The notes below the pieces were generated by a model. It saw nothing but the letters and a program-made list of their open reading frames with translations. It was not told the DNA's origin and searched no databases. Below are positions 36,819 to 50,380 of a stretch of DNA of 64,000 nucleotides, one piece after another. This DNA comes from Eledone cirrhosa. Taxonomy: Eukaryota. Location of the stretch: contig OZ024742.1 of assembly GCA_964016885.1 (NCBI GenBank), forward strand, positions 325,810,001-325,874,000, read 5' to 3'. The number at the start of each line of letters is the position of its first letter. The stretch's first letter is position 1. The position numbers and the translations under genes are program-made.

Positions 36819-37021
36819 CATTTAAATAAATCTAAGGTAAAAGACTAATTGTCAACAATATCTTTTGCATTTGCATTCTTTATTCTATGTCGATACCTGC
36901 ATTGTTTTGGCTTTATTATACATATACAAAGTTTATATATATATATTGAATGGGCTATATCTCAACGGCCATCCGAGCCAGTTCAAATTGTATCCATTAT
37001 TTTTGAAGAACATTGGCAGGT

Positions 37022-37205
37022 CGATTGGCAGTATCGGTAGAGGGTCGGACACCATGCTTTCCACCATAGTTACGTCCCTTTACGATCTGAGTTCAAATCC
37101 CGCCGAGGTTGACTTTGCCTTTCATCCTTACTGGGTCGATAAAATAAAGTACCAGTAATGCACTGGGTAATTGCTGGCCTTGTGCCTAAAGTAGAAACAA
37201 TTATT
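37022..37205 (+). mobile_element. SINE with TSD
   Basis: Family consensus. attatttttgaag.aca occurs on both flanks. Confidence 0.88.
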
Positions 37206-37299
37206 TTTGAAGGACAATATATACTTGTACTAAATGGCCTCAAAATCACTTATCACATGTGAAATACAAAGATAACGTTTAATTAGTTTCAAACTGCTA

Positions 37300-37475
37300 T
37301 GCAGCCCTGTAAATTCTCCCCGTCGTACGGGGAGATCTCCCACCCACTTTGGGGTGGATGAGAGAAGTCCTTCGCTTGTGAAAACGAGTATAGCTTTCAT
37401 TATGTAAAACCTCCCCATTCTGTCTCCTTTCTCCCTGTTTTGGGGCACTTTCTTTCATGGCACTCCCTGTTTGTG
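37300..37475. repeat. Dispersed repeat with an internal hairpin; second copy at about 59535-59710
   Basis: gagatctcccacccactttgg.gtgg.tgagag...tatagctttcattatgtaaaa.ctccccatt is shared by both copies. Confidence 0.8.
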
Positions 37476-40400
37476 TTTTTAGAGGTTTGCAGGCTTGGCT
37501 ATGTCTGAGAAGATTCCAACCGTATTAAATCAATTTTCCACATTGTACCCCTCGTGATTCTAACGAGCACTCCACTGCTCCACTGCATTCATTGAGAACA
37601 AGTTACTAGTCACTTTGTATGTGATTCAGTTAATTCGTTTCTTTAGTTATTTTCTGTCTTGTGTTTGTTTCTTTACGTAGTCACCGTCACGTTTAAGCTT
37701 ATCACTTTATTATATGTTATTCAGTTAATTTCTATCTAATGTGGATATGCCGAACTAATCCATTGATGTTGTTTAACTATACAGAGATGGCAGTTTTGGT
37801 CGCTTTAACATTCGATTCATCTGTATTCTTCTTTACTTGTATGATCCAGTCTTTGCTATATAGATATATTTTGAATATTGACGGAATCTTAAATGTTGCT
37901 AATTAGTCAACACAAGAATGCACTTATATGAGGATGAGAAAATACCTATGGCAAACAAGTTCAGGCTCATCTCTTGTACTTCCCATATTTATAGCATCTA
38001 TAGTAACATATTTGTCATAAGCCAGTTTGAAACTAATTATTTGACCTACTAGCAATAGCAGCCAACACCCCCGCAAATGGAAACCTACAATTTCTTCAAG
38101 GCTATGGAATCATGGCTGAACCACCATTGTTTACCAACCAGCTATAATAAAGCACCGACAACCTCAACGTAAGCGACGTCTAAAGTACATCACAAACTAA
38201 GTGCTGACATTAGAATATTCAGCTTTGATTAGTATTATTTGATATAATCTATTTTCAATATTTTTAAGAAACAAGAAGCATGTTATTTTTTTTCATTTAT
38301 TTTGTGATGTATCGGAAAATTCGAGTAAAACTAAGCAATTTGTAAATCTTGAAAAATGTTAAATGTTATTAGGATGTTATTTTTTATATTACTTTCGTTT
38401 CTATTATTCTTCGTATTTTTTAATGTTTGTATAATTTCATGACTATATTTTTTTCAAAATCTTATTTAGAATTCTAATAGCATTATCATGATTTGAACTT
38501 CTCAGTTGTATACGTACATTCATTCGTGCAAACCTAAATAGGTTACTGTGAAGAATAGTCATGAAATCACGCAAGCTTAAACAGCGGCATTTGTATTAAT
38601 ATGTTTTTTTTACACAGTGTGTAGGGAGGTTTCATCAATTAATAGTGCAATACAAGTGAACTATTCGTTTGTAGAAATCAGATTTAAAAAAGATCAAACA
38701 CATATGTTAATGATGTTAGAAATTGTATGAGAACAGCATTACATTCCATTCCCCACTATCATTTCTTCTTTGAATTTATCATGAAATATTTTACAGACCA
38801 CGACCCACATGAGGTTAAAATAGTATGATTTGAATATTATGAGTTATAATCATTGATAAATTACTAATATGTTTTTTTTTAATCTTTTCGTTTCCTTCTC
38901 GTTTGGGGTGTTTTTGATGCAGTACACTAATGTTTATTCATTCAATATTCTTCAATACATTTAAGAATCACAATTGGAATGTAAAGCCACTAATAGGTCT
39001 TATACATGATAAATTTATATATCTCCGTGGGAGAAATACGTTATAACGCGTTTAAGAATGTTCTTGTTGCTTTCACAATACTTGTAGGATGGAAGAAAGG
39101 AAAACTGCAATCTAATAGAAAACTTATTAATAAGGAATCTACCATTGCTCAGAGTGGTTCTCTCTCTCTGACTCCTACATAGTATCACTTTCAATTTTTG
39201 GAGAGAGATGGGTGATAATTACTCACTTCGTCCGAGGAAATCCATTATTGTAGTGCTGGCCACCTGAGAAACTCACTCTCAGCTTTTAGATTGATAAAGC
39301 ATTGTGACGGCCATCAAGGACTCCTTCGGTACTGTATCTATATGTTTTATGCTATTCCTACACATAATGGAACTGAGGGAATGTTAGTTGAAACATTTAA
39401 CATGAATCAATGATTTTGATGGGAGCTACGATTTTTGTGGGGTGGGGCTAACTTGCCTCAGATTCTAGTTCTTACTTTTCTTTCCCTTGTAAATATATCT
39501 TATACTCAAGTTCATGTATAATCTCGAAGTTTACTCATTAGATGTTCATTTTAAATTCTGCCTGGACCTATTATTTTACATCTGTTTTAACCTTATTACC
39601 AAAATTGTACGAGCATTTCCTTAGCTGCTCCGTAATTTGTTCGAAGGACGTTGGAGATGGTCTGTCACCAACCTCCCCCAAACAATTTAGGTTTTGCACA
39701 TATTCATGAAATGTTGACGTACCTCTGACCATATTCACTCGGAATTAGAGTTCTACTCATATATCTGGAACGGTTTGTGTACTCCCAACCATTGAGTAAA
39801 CCTCTTGATTTGATATTACTTAATTTTCTTTTCATCTTTTTTTAATATTCGCACTATTGTATAACTTCTGTTTTTAAAATGTAGTTGATATAACCAACTA
39901 ATACTTCTGATAACAAATATGTATGCTTTAATGTTCAGCAGATTCGCAGAATCGTAACAATGTTGTGTCTAGACATTGGGTCTTTGTATTCTGGGTTGCA
40001 ATTCCACTGGAGTACACATTGCTTTTTCTCCTTCTAATGTTGAAAGAATAATCTGACCCTTCTATCTGCAGCAAACACAATCAAATCAGCATTGAAGCAG
40101 TCCTTCTAGATATAATACATACAAGAAAACACAATACGTATTTCACCTAAATAAGTACGTTATTATAATATATCACAAAATAATACAATATATCACATGC
40201 ACCATACAAAACCTCAAACAGATAGATAAAATATATAACACCACGAGATCAAAATATGAAATTAGAAAGCCACAGTATGCATTTCAGGTGATCAATATCA
40301 AAGAGAATTTTCAATGTAAACTTTGGTGTAAATAGGACACAGGGGCATACAAATTTCTCATCGGTTATCCAAGGTCTTCCAGTACGAAACGTAATAGTGA

Positions 40401-41596
40401 ATACGAAACAAAACTGGGTAGAAATACATTATCTGGCAACACTGCATACATGCTTAGGTCAAACCGTACACGTATCGCTTTTGATATGAAATACTCTGGT
40501 GTCGAGAAACAATTTATAGCTGGAGTCATTTCCCATGTATATAATATATATACATACTCATCCCTCACTAGCTCCCGCTCTATCTATTTCTCTCTTTTTC
40601 TTTTTCTCTGGATCAAACTTTGACTTTCATTCTTTGGAGGCCGATAAAATATAATCGCTTGTCCTAGAAATCAATATAATTTGACATATGTCATTTAAAT
40701 ACAAACGAATATTTCAAATATACCTTTACAGATAGTTAGGAACGTAAACGGATGAGATATATATCAAAACATCTTTACTGAAGCCCGTTATTGAACTGCG
40801 GTTCTTCTGTTTATAACTTGTCGATAAACATCATTTAATTTTCCTGTGGTTCGAAAATTGGGAATTTACAGAATTATCAATTTTTATACACCAACGAAAT
40901 GTTGAACACATTCAGATGTGCATATTTTATCAAACCTCGCTGAGATGAATGCCAAAGCAGACATCAGAAGCATTAGGACTCCGAACGTAGAAGGGCAATA
41001 ATTGCTGTATATCTAAAGAGTTTATATTTCTTCTAAGAAATATAAACGAAATCATTCATATATCTAGGCCGTATATTGTGTGAAAACTATGCAATTTTGA
41101 TCGTATTTCAACGGAATGTTTATTAAAAGGAAAATATTAAAAGCACAGTGCGTAATAGGCAAATGCATATGGGACTGGAATAATTTAAATAATGTGTGTG
41201 TAAATGTATGCGTGTATATATGTATGTGTGCATGAATGTGTCTATATATATGCAGGCTTCGAATTGCAAGAGTCGTTAGTAAGCGGGATAGAATACTTTG
41301 CAATATTCAATTTGGTTTTCTCTGCTGTGAGAGATCAAATACCGCCGAAATCCATCAGTCCAGTACTGGCTGGGGTTAAATCTTCCTCTATATATTTTCT
41401 TTCATCCATTCTTCTCCCTCTCTCTCCCTCTCTCTTTCTCTTTCTCTCTCTCTCTTCCTTTCTTTCTCTCTCTCTGGGCTTTTCTGAACGAAGTCACGTT
41501 AAGGGGATGGGTTCTTATAGCTTTAAAGTGTTCAAAATACGCCGTATGTTTCAGCATCACAACGATATTCCTGCAGCAGCACCAGTTTCAAGGGCC

Positions 41597-42097
41597 GCCC
41601 CAGGAACAGATGGCCTTCAACGAGCAGGAATTAGGCCAACGTTGACCGAGTGTGGCAGGAGGTGGGTGGCGATCTTCAGCTGACTGTTCGACTGATCGCG
41701 AGAGAGCTTTGCATGAACCGTGACAGCATTGAGAAGATTATGACCGGAGATTTAGGAATGTGGTACATCTACGTGAAGAGGGTGTTGAAGCTGCTCAACG
41801 ATAACCAGGAGCGGCGCATTGAATAGTGTCAGGTCATTCTCAAGTTTCTTGAAACCGAACCAAACTTGCTAGGGAGATTCATGGATCTTTGAGTACGACC
41901 AGTTTTCTGGACGTGAAAACCACCCAGAGGGTTGTGATGATGGAGCTACGGAGAAACCTGGGTGAATCCTTCCCGGAGTGCATAGAACCATGGTGAAGAA
42001 AGATGGGGAAATGACGTTAGATTTTAGAAGGGAAGAATTGTTATTTGGTTTTGTAATATTTTTTTGCGACACCAGTCCTACTTCTTTTCTGATACAT
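41597..42097 (+). mobile_element. Mariner transposon relic, internally deleted, with right TIR remnant
   Basis: Translation gives PSTSRN*ANVDRV..DLQLTVRLIAREL..IMTGDLGM..KRVLKLLNDNQ..LETEPNLLGR, SWIFEYD and ESFPECIEPW. The element ends in gacaccagtcctacttcttttctgataca. Confidence 0.8.
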
Positions 42098-42428
42098 TTA
42101 TATATATATATACAATTACAAGAAAGGAAACGAACTGTGTGGTTATTGTAAACAAAGTTTAAGATTGTAATATGGACGAAAGAGCTGTAAACCGTAGATC
42201 AGAGATGTTTCGGCGCTTAATACAGGACATCAAAAGCGATGAGCGGCGCGCCCATAGCCTTTTATGGATCAAAAGGCCAGGAGGGAAAGAAAAGAAAAAA
42301 AGAGAAAAAGGAAAAGTAGTGAGGAGAGAAGAAGAAAGAGAAAAACAGGTAATCAGACCGAATGGTGAGGGGACACGAAAACAATAGAACATACAAGTGA
42401 GTAACCGAGGAAAACATAGAATCGAATA

Positions 42429-42503
<75 letters not shown>

Positions 42504-43068
42504 CCCACCTCGTTTTATGTCTGCCTTATACTTGTATTCGGGGGCCTCTGTTGTATATATTATGCACTTATGCGTACATACATATATATACACACTTGTA
42601 TGGATTTGTGTGTGTAGATGTGTGTGTGTGTGTGTCTGTGGGGGTAGGTGTGAGTGTATGTACAAGTCAACCCACATAAGTCTTTTTATTTGTAAACTTT
42701 CTAAGGATTCTGCTCTAATCATAATTTTCAGTATAACAACCCCACGTAAATTCCTCAATTTAAGAATGACCTGTAGTATCGAATTTCATACTATAAACCT
42801 CAATTGAATATATATCTGAGCAGGAATGCTTTTTGTGAAAATCAGTCATATGGAACTATTGTCATCTTGCCTGACGGTTTGAACTTTACAACACCACCTG
42901 GCTCTTTGAGGTCAAATACCAACCCTACTAGCATCTACAAACTGACCAATGAGAATTAAGATTATTCCTGCTGACAACATTAAATTATCCCCAACAAGCT
43001 CATATGTCCCAAGGCTCTGATACCATCAACACCATAAACACAGAGCTGGCATATCTAAATACTGACTA

Positions 43069-43121
43069 ACTGCCTGATGAGGTCATAGCCATTCAATGGA
43101 TATCATCGAATATATAGCAGT
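43069..43121 (+). ncRNA. HHR motif, probably inactivated (one A missing from GAAA), followed by AATAAA and (TA)n
   Basis: actgc-CTGATGA-ggtcatagccattcaatggatatcatc-GAA-TATA-TA-gcagt. A PDGLN peptide resembling a GIY-YIG C-terminus lies about 200 bp upstream. Confidence 0.65.
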
Positions 43122-43162
43122 AAATAAAGGATTATGAGTTCATGCAATTGACTTATGTTTCG

Positions 43163-43203
<41 letters not shown>

Positions 43204-43264
43204 GAAGTATTCCCGTCAGAAAGGTACAGGAAAAAAGAGTGCTCTATGTAGGCTACAGAGCTTA

Positions 43265-43727
43265 TTAATTATGTAATAAACAACATAAGATAATTATTTC
43301 ATTTACCAGTGTCTGTCTTCAGTCGTCAAAATGAATAAAAAAAATGGTGTATTTATTAAATATGGATTTGAAAACAAAATTTAGGAAATATGAAAGTGAG
43401 GCTGAAAAAAACGGGCGAAAAGGAAATAGGGGAAAAAATAAAAAATATATATATAAAAATATAAATATTCAGAACGTACATATACTAAACTCAAATACGC
43501 GCATATACTAAACGGTACGTAGACGTATACTTTCTCACATAAGCGTATCTGCGTTTACATAGAAATACGGACAGGAAGATAAATACATAAACATACATAT
43601 ACACAAATACATATATAAATACATACAGATACATATACACAGATATATATGCACTCAAAAAAGTGTACACAGATACGAGCAGTAGTTGGGAAGCAGGAAT
43701 AACTAAATAAAATAATTAAGAACAAAA

Positions 43728-43738
<11 letters not shown>
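43265..43738 (-). mobile_element. ORF-less element, inverted relative of 47690-47992; HHR partly deleted
   Basis: 43265-43485 and 43665-43738 are reverse complements of segments within 47690-47992. Confidence 0.8.
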
Positions 43739-43814
<76 letters not shown>

Positions 43815-44015
43815 ACATTAACAGAGAAAGCCTTTAAGCTATACTCTGACTGGCTACCATCTCACTCAACAAACATTAGGATATATCTTAGTATAATCCC
43901 AATTTTATGTTTGGGGTGCTAACTATATGTATTTTGTGGAAAGCCAGTTGTATTATTTTATATGAGGTATAATTAAAATTAAAATATATCTCTCTTTCCA
44001 AATATATATAAATAT

Positions 44016-44733
44016 ATATTGTTATACTTGGGGAGGGTGATATTTGTGTAATATTGCCAGAATTAATAACAGAACACACTCATTGTTTGGTTGGTTTTCG
44101 CTTCTGTGTCTTTTATATCGGTTAATTTAATTTATTCTGTCCTCAATGTGCCATTGACTGACCAACGGTCAAAAGTACAGATACAATATAGACACAAACA
44201 CATATATATAGTCTATCAAAGTTCTTTTGTTGCACATCTGCAATATCGTCAGTGGTGCTATTGTTTCCTCCCGTTGCATTGTATTTTCTACGCCCTCTTT
44301 ATTTAGTCTATTTATATATCTATTTATTTGTTTTGTTTTTTTTTGTCTTCTTTGTGCATGCGTTTGGGTGTGAGTATAGTGTTTTGTTTGATGTGTGTTC
44401 GTGATTGGGAGAATGTGTATTGGTTAATGTATTTTCTCTTTACTAGTGTGTGTTTATATGTGTTTGTTGTTATTTTGCTTGTGTATGTATTTATTTATTT
44501 ATCTATTTATTTATTTATTTATACTTCTGTTAGGTCAGTGTTGTTTGTTTGGGTGTTGTTGTTATTCCATTGATTTTTTTCTGTTTCTAAGTTCTATTTC
44601 ACTGGCCTCTCTGATTTGCCTATCTGCTGGGTCATTTCTATGCTTAGATATTATACTAATTTCTATGTTGTTTATGTTACCGTCGCGTTGTTGTCTGGGA
44701 TGTTCATATAGACCCTCTCCAAGTATAACAATA
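44016..44733 (-). mobile_element. 5'-truncated PLE 3' end (GIY-YIG tail, UTR with decayed HHR) with ~23-bp inverted terminus
   Basis: ORF 44562..44756 contains IEISIISKH..DRQIREASEI. The minus strand has CTGACGA at 44246-44252 with a long stem II. atattgttatacttgg.gagggt is inverted between 44016 and 44712. Confidence 0.55.
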
Positions 44734-44924
44734 TTTGTTTCGACACACGATTTCATATCAAAAACCTCGCAAAGCTATATATATATATATATATATATAA
44801 GAAAGTAAAAATCAAAATCATAAACAAAATAAAGTTAAAAAAGGGTGACGTGTTGACAACGATAGGAGGGGGGGGGGGGGGTAAATAAAAAACAACTTAG
44901 ATATGAACAAATATACAAAATATG

Positions 44925-44982
<58 letters not shown>

Positions 44983-45102
44983 CACACTCATATACACATA
45001 TACATGCACATATACCTATACACACATGCAAACACTCACACGTATATATGTGTATATATATATATATATATAAAATAAAATAAATATATGTACACATACA
45101 TG

Positions 45103-45135
<33 letters not shown>

Positions 45136-45261
45136 GTAGGAGGTGAGTTTTATTGTAGTACAATAAAGCAATGCAGATATCGGATAAGAAGCACTCTACA
45201 GTTTGTGGGACTGGAGTATGCATAATATAAGATCAAAAGATGGTTAAAGGAGTTCAATATA

Positions 45262-45328
45262 TTTTATTATGCGCATTTCAAAAACAAACATCATCAAACA
45301 ATAATATTTGTGTTTTCATCAGATAAAA
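45262..45328 (-). ncRNA. Type I hammerhead ribozyme, identical inverted copy
   Basis: Reverse complement of 45346-45412. Confidence 0.88.
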
Positions 45329-45345
45329 CATATCATGTTCTCCTG

Positions 45346-45412
45346 TTTTATCTGATGAAAACACAAATATTATTGTTTGATGATGTTTGTTTTTGAAATG
45401 CGCATAATAAAA
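45346..45412 (+). ncRNA. Type I hammerhead ribozyme, intact
   Basis: ttttat-CTGATGA-aaacacaaatattatt-gttt-gatgatgtttgttttt-GAA-AT-GCGC-AT-A-ataaaa. Confidence 0.88.
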
Positions 45413-45449
45413 TATATTGAACTCCTTTAACCATCTTTTGATCTTATAT

Positions 45450-45484
<35 letters not shown>

Positions 45485-45509
45485 ATGTGTGTGTATATAT
45501 GTACATATA

Positions 45510-45560
<51 letters not shown>

Positions 45561-45804
45561 ATATACATATATATATGTACATATATACACACACATACAC
45601 ACACATATATATAAACACTCACACATACATATATACATATACACATACAAAAAAAATTACAATAAAATAAATAAATGAATCTCAAAGTACATACACACGT
45701 ATATACGTTCACACACGCGTGCGAACACACTTACGCAATAAGAAATCAACACAGGCATACAAATAAATATATACGTAAATCCATATCTTTGCTAACCTCT
45801 TACT

Positions 45805-46712
45805 AATACTAACTTTCTTGATATCAATCTTGGCCTACTTACCACCTCTTTTAAACCTATCATATACCTAATGAAAATTTAAGATATATACACAAAGAGT
45901 CATGCCATCGCCCTATAGTCTTTAAAAATCTTATTCCTAATATTATCCGTACCATTTCTACGTTATCTTCGTCTATAGACATTTTCAACAAAGCCCCTTA
46001 TTATAATAAAGCCCTCAATAACAGCGGCTTCACCGAACAAATTAAATATTTACCTACTCTTTCTAACACTAAACACAATAACAGGAACAGAAAAATTATT
46101 TGGTTTACACCCCACTTCTCTCTAACTGTAAAAATTAATGTAGGAACAAAATTCCTCGACCTCCTTGACAAACGTTTCCCCCGTAATCATAGATATAATA
46201 AGATATTCAATAGAAATGTAGTTAAAATCAGTTACTCTTCCTGCCCATCATTGAAAACTAAAATTACCAACTCTAATGGTACTAGAGTAAATCCAGGATG
46301 CAATTGCAGGAAGCCGGAAGAATGCCTATTACAGGGTAAATGTAATACCAAATCTATTGTATGTGATACCAAATTGACACCAATGATTAATAACCAGGCA
46401 GCTACGAGTCAACGATATGTTGGCATGACTTAGGACAGATTTAAATCCAGGTATTATGCACATGTCGCATCTTTCAAACACCCTGAAAAAAGAACAGCAA
46501 CGGCGCTGGCAAATAAAGTGTGGGAGTTCAAAGACAAAAACATTCCGTACACTATTGATTGGTCTATTTTAGACCATTCAAGAGAATACCAAAGGGGCAC
46601 AAAGAAACGTTTTTTGTGTACTACGGAAAAATTTAGAATTCTCCAAAACTTGAAAACCCCTACCACTTGTCTCAACTCTAAGACCGAGATCTTTAGATGT
46701 TATCCGCATTAA
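45805..46712 (+). pseudogene. Naiad-like PLE RT thumb plus GIY-YIG relic (3' UTR extends to about 47170)
   Basis: NFLDINL..FKP, YNKALNNSGF, RNRKIIWFTPHFS..NVGTKFLDLLDKRFP..KIFNRNVVKISYS, CNCRKPEECLLQGKC, YVGMT*DRFKSRY and LCTTEKFRI..LNSKTEIFRCYPH. Confidence 0.85.
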
Positions 46713-47166
46713 CTGGATTAACATACCAACGATTACTCAACCACCTTGAGATTCTTCTTTGCTTATCATGCCTTCCACTCACTACCAATTCCATTACCTT
46801 ATGAACACATACTTTCTACCAATATATACTTTTTGTCCCTCATCTCTTTCTTATCATTTGACTTATATGCTCCCCTGCTATCTACCATTCCTTTAATACA
46901 TACACACCCACCACCTTTATCCTTTACCCAGATCACTTTTTAACTATATACCCTTATCCAGATCTCATCACAAACACTTACTCTCTACTACAACTTTTAC
47001 ACCCCTTTTCTCCCTTACTTGTTCTTAATAATTGTTTTTATTATTTTATTTCAGTTTTACTCCCCTTTGTCCTTACTTACCCACTATGTTTTTAAATGTA
47101 CCAACAATAGGTTATAGGTGGGCTCATATGCAGACAGGCTTATGTGTACTTACGTGTTTTTATATT

Positions 47167-47283
<117 letters not shown>

Positions 47284-47327
47284 TACTTCAAATTATTGAT
47301 AACTATAGACATTCATGTGATCAAATA

Positions 47328-47393
47328 TATTTTATTATACATATTTCAGAGGTACTGAGCTATTTCATCAGTACGTCCTCATCAGATAAAATA
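47328..47393 (-). ncRNA. Type I hammerhead ribozyme
   Basis: tattttat-CTGATGA-ggac-gtactga-tgaaatagc-tcagtac-ctct-GAA-AT-ATGT-AT-A-ataaaata. Stem I is 8 bp. Confidence 0.82.
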
Positions 47394-47901
47394 AATTGAT
47401 GTCTGACATACCTCATCTGTGCTGATGGTTGAATTCCAGTCTTAGCAGTGATTAGTTATGACAAAACTCAATATTTATATACCATAAGTTATAACATGAA
47501 AAACTACATATAATAGAGAGGGTACGTAGGATAAGGTGTATAAAAAATATATAATAAATAAGTATAAAGGCAAGTAAGAAATATACACATATACAAATAT
47601 ACACATATATAGCAGTAATAAACGAAACTAAATTTTAATCATTTGACTTTTATTTAACTTTATTTTATATATATATACATATATTTTTATATTTTTTTGT
47701 TCTTATTTATTTATTTAGTTATTCCTGCTTCCTAACTACTGCTCGTATCTGTGTATGTTTACGTTCTGGATATTTATATTTTTATATATATATTTTTTAT
47801 TTTTTCCCCTATTTCCTTTTCGCCCGTTTTTTCAGCCTCACTTTCATATTTCCTAAATTTTGTTTTCAAATCCATATTTAATTAATACACGATGTTTTTT
47901 A

Positions 47902-47962
47902 TTCATTCTGACGACTGAAGACAGCCACAACATCTGTGTTCAAGAAACCACTGGTAAATGAA
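47902..47962 (+). ncRNA. Type I hammerhead ribozyme
   Basis: ttcatt-CTGACGA-c-tgaagacag-ccacaacat-ctgtgttca-a-GAA-ACC-ACT-GGT-A-aatgaa. Confidence 0.85.
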
Positions 47963-48033
47963 ATAATTATCTCATGTTGTTTATTACACAACTATATGTA
48001 TATATATATATATATGTGTGTGTGTGTGCGTGC

Positions 48034-48142
<109 letters not shown>

Positions 48143-49035
48143 TGTGTGTGTGTGTTGTCAGTATATAGGCCTAAGAGCCTGTCGGAATGGAAGACAAAAT
48201 GTATTTTATATTTTTGAGCTAAATATCCTGTGGAAAATCCTGTGGAATTAAAATTTACATTTCATCCTTCTATCTTCCATTGTCAATGAAATAATTTCTA
48301 GTCTAAAATGTTTGTTTGGATTTACTATTGCTACTCTGTTGTATTATGTTTATGTTAGAAATCATAAATATTAAATTTCATTCCTATTTACTGTAGTTTA
48401 ATGTTATTACGTTTATTTTTGTTGTTGTTGCTAATTTAAACCATATAGAAAAAATGATTTGACCTGTTAACAGAAATGTTGGATCTATTGACTCATTAGT
48501 TTACTGTATAGATATATTATTTGGATGATATCCATTTGAACGAAGTATAAAATAAACCGCATTCCTTCATAAGATACTTAAACAAATAAACTAGCAAACA
48601 CACACTCATATAAAAATAAATGCCTACACACACCCACATGCCGCATCTCTTTATGGCAGTCATTAATGTATGTTTGAAATGATTTCTTTATTCCTTCGTA
48701 GTTTACTTTGGCATGTTTTTAACGGATACAGCATAAGGTTTGTACAGATTTTCAAACGGCTTTGACATATCACTGGCGGCTCTTACTCAGTTATTAATGT
48801 ATATAAATGAGTTTAGCCAGGATTACATATCGGTCGAAACGACCAACTTTTGAGTGAAACATTTGTATAGTGGTATCACTCTTCAGAAGGTTTGTGTCGC
48901 ATCTGGAAAGCGCATCAACAGATGCATAAAATACTACACTAACTTCAAACTTTCATGCAGTCATTTACACATACATACATACACACACACACACACATAT
49001 ATACACACTCACACACACACAATATACATATACAC

Positions 49036-49396
49036 CAGATGGTGGATGGGTGCTACACGAGAATGCTGAGGATGGCTCTGAACATTAATCAGTATACACT
49101 GAGGATGAAAAACTCAGAGTTGTATGGGAGCATCCCAAAAGTCAGCTCAAAAGTGACACAGAGAAGACTGAGGTTGGCTGGACATGCTCACCGACATCCA
49201 GAGTTGACATTGCACTCAGTGCTCCTTTGGGAGCCCCTACATGGACACACTAGAAGAGGAAGACCAAGGTTAACATATGTTGATGCCCTAAGGACAGACA
49301 CTGGTCGGTTGGAGATGCAGGATATGGCAGCGATAATGAGGGACAGAGACCGCTGGAGAGAACTCGTCCATGGATCTCGGGAATTTTACCCGCCTT

Positions 49397-49398
<2 letters not shown>
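49036..49398 (+). mobile_element. RTE-clade LINE 3' end, 5'-truncated
   Basis: DGCYTRMLRMALN..NSELYG..RRLRLAGH..LLWEP..RRGRPRLTYVD..DRDRWR. Confidence 0.88.
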
Positions 49399-49454
<56 letters not shown>

Positions 49455-49457
<3 letters not shown>

Positions 49458-49990
49458 TAGTTCCACAACAGTTAATACACCATTTACGATAATGCACAGC
49501 CCAGTAGATGGATTCCCATTCCGTATGGCTTATACTTGGTTATAAATTTCCATGAGGTGGAGGAATCCACGCATGCGTCCTTTATGGACCATATATGGCT
49601 TCCGAGCTACGTGGGCAATTGTTTGTCTAAATGTCGACAGATTATCCAGGAAGCGTTCTTGAAACCGTCCCTCCACCATAACTACATAGGATTTGACCTC
49701 TTGTTGAAAACATATTCTATTGCATTTTGATCTTTCGCAGTTGCCTTCCTGTATCGTTCTAACATGAGTTAGCTCCCATTTCAGAATATCTTCTGCGCAT
49801 GTCTATTTGTGCAATCGTTTTCCTTTTCCGTATTACCTCATTTAATCCGAGCTTATGATCCATTTGTGGTGAAACAAATTGTTCTCGTAAATGGTGCATT
49901 AACTGTTGTGGAACTACTTCTAGAAAACTCGTCCCATGGACTGAGTTCTCCATTAATGTGGATATAACTGGATATAAACCACCAATGTTC
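49455..49990 (+). mobile_element. PLE-type 3' fragment with a mutated HHR (49848-49887) and a 35-bp inverted 3' copy; same family as 31120-31330
   Basis: cgag-CTTATGA-t-cca-tttg-tgg-t-GAAAC-AAATT-GTT-ctcg. 49455-49489 is inverted relative to 49885-49919. The downstream ccatggactgagt is shared with about 31284. Confidence 0.7.
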
Positions 49991-50380
49991 TACGGCTGGC
50001 GTTCCATTTGCTAGGATGTGTGTGAGTGCATGTGTGTGTTTGTGTAAATGTATGTGTGTGTGTTTGTGTGAATGTATGTGTGTGTTTGTGTGAGTGTATG
50101 TCTGTGAGTGTGTATTTTTGTTAGTGTGTCTTTCTTTGCGCGTTTATATTTATATACTCATACATATAATTGTATAGATATGCACATACATAAATGCACA
50201 CACATATACACATACGGGTCAGCGTGTTGACAAAAATTCTAGAACAATAAGGAAGATAGACGGTATCTTTCAAATAATTAAATAATACTATTATGCACAC
50301 TTCAAAGACATAAATGTCATTGTGTAACAATTATTTGGTGTTATCATCAAAGAGGTATTTGGATGTAATGTTATTATTAT

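Larger units (their letters stand above)
32430..36936. mobile_element. PLE insertion with a ~1.85-kb inverted duplication (divergent copies)
   Basis: About 32470-34296 is the reverse complement of 35084-36936 with scattered substitutions. Each outer end carries an HHR and meets (TA)n. Confidence 0.95.
45222..45452. repeat. Perfect inverted repeat with 109-bp arms and a 13-nt spacer; each arm carries an HHR
   Basis: 45222-45330 is the reverse complement of 45344-45452. Confidence 0.95.

Noticed and set aside
42200-42240. Minus-strand ttgatgt...ccGAAACATC as an HHR
   Set aside because: There are two core mismatches and no pairing stem II.
46431-46433. In-frame stop in the Naiad-like frame as a selenocysteine codon
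   Set aside because: The codon is TAG at a non-Cys position, not TGA, so it is ordinary decay.
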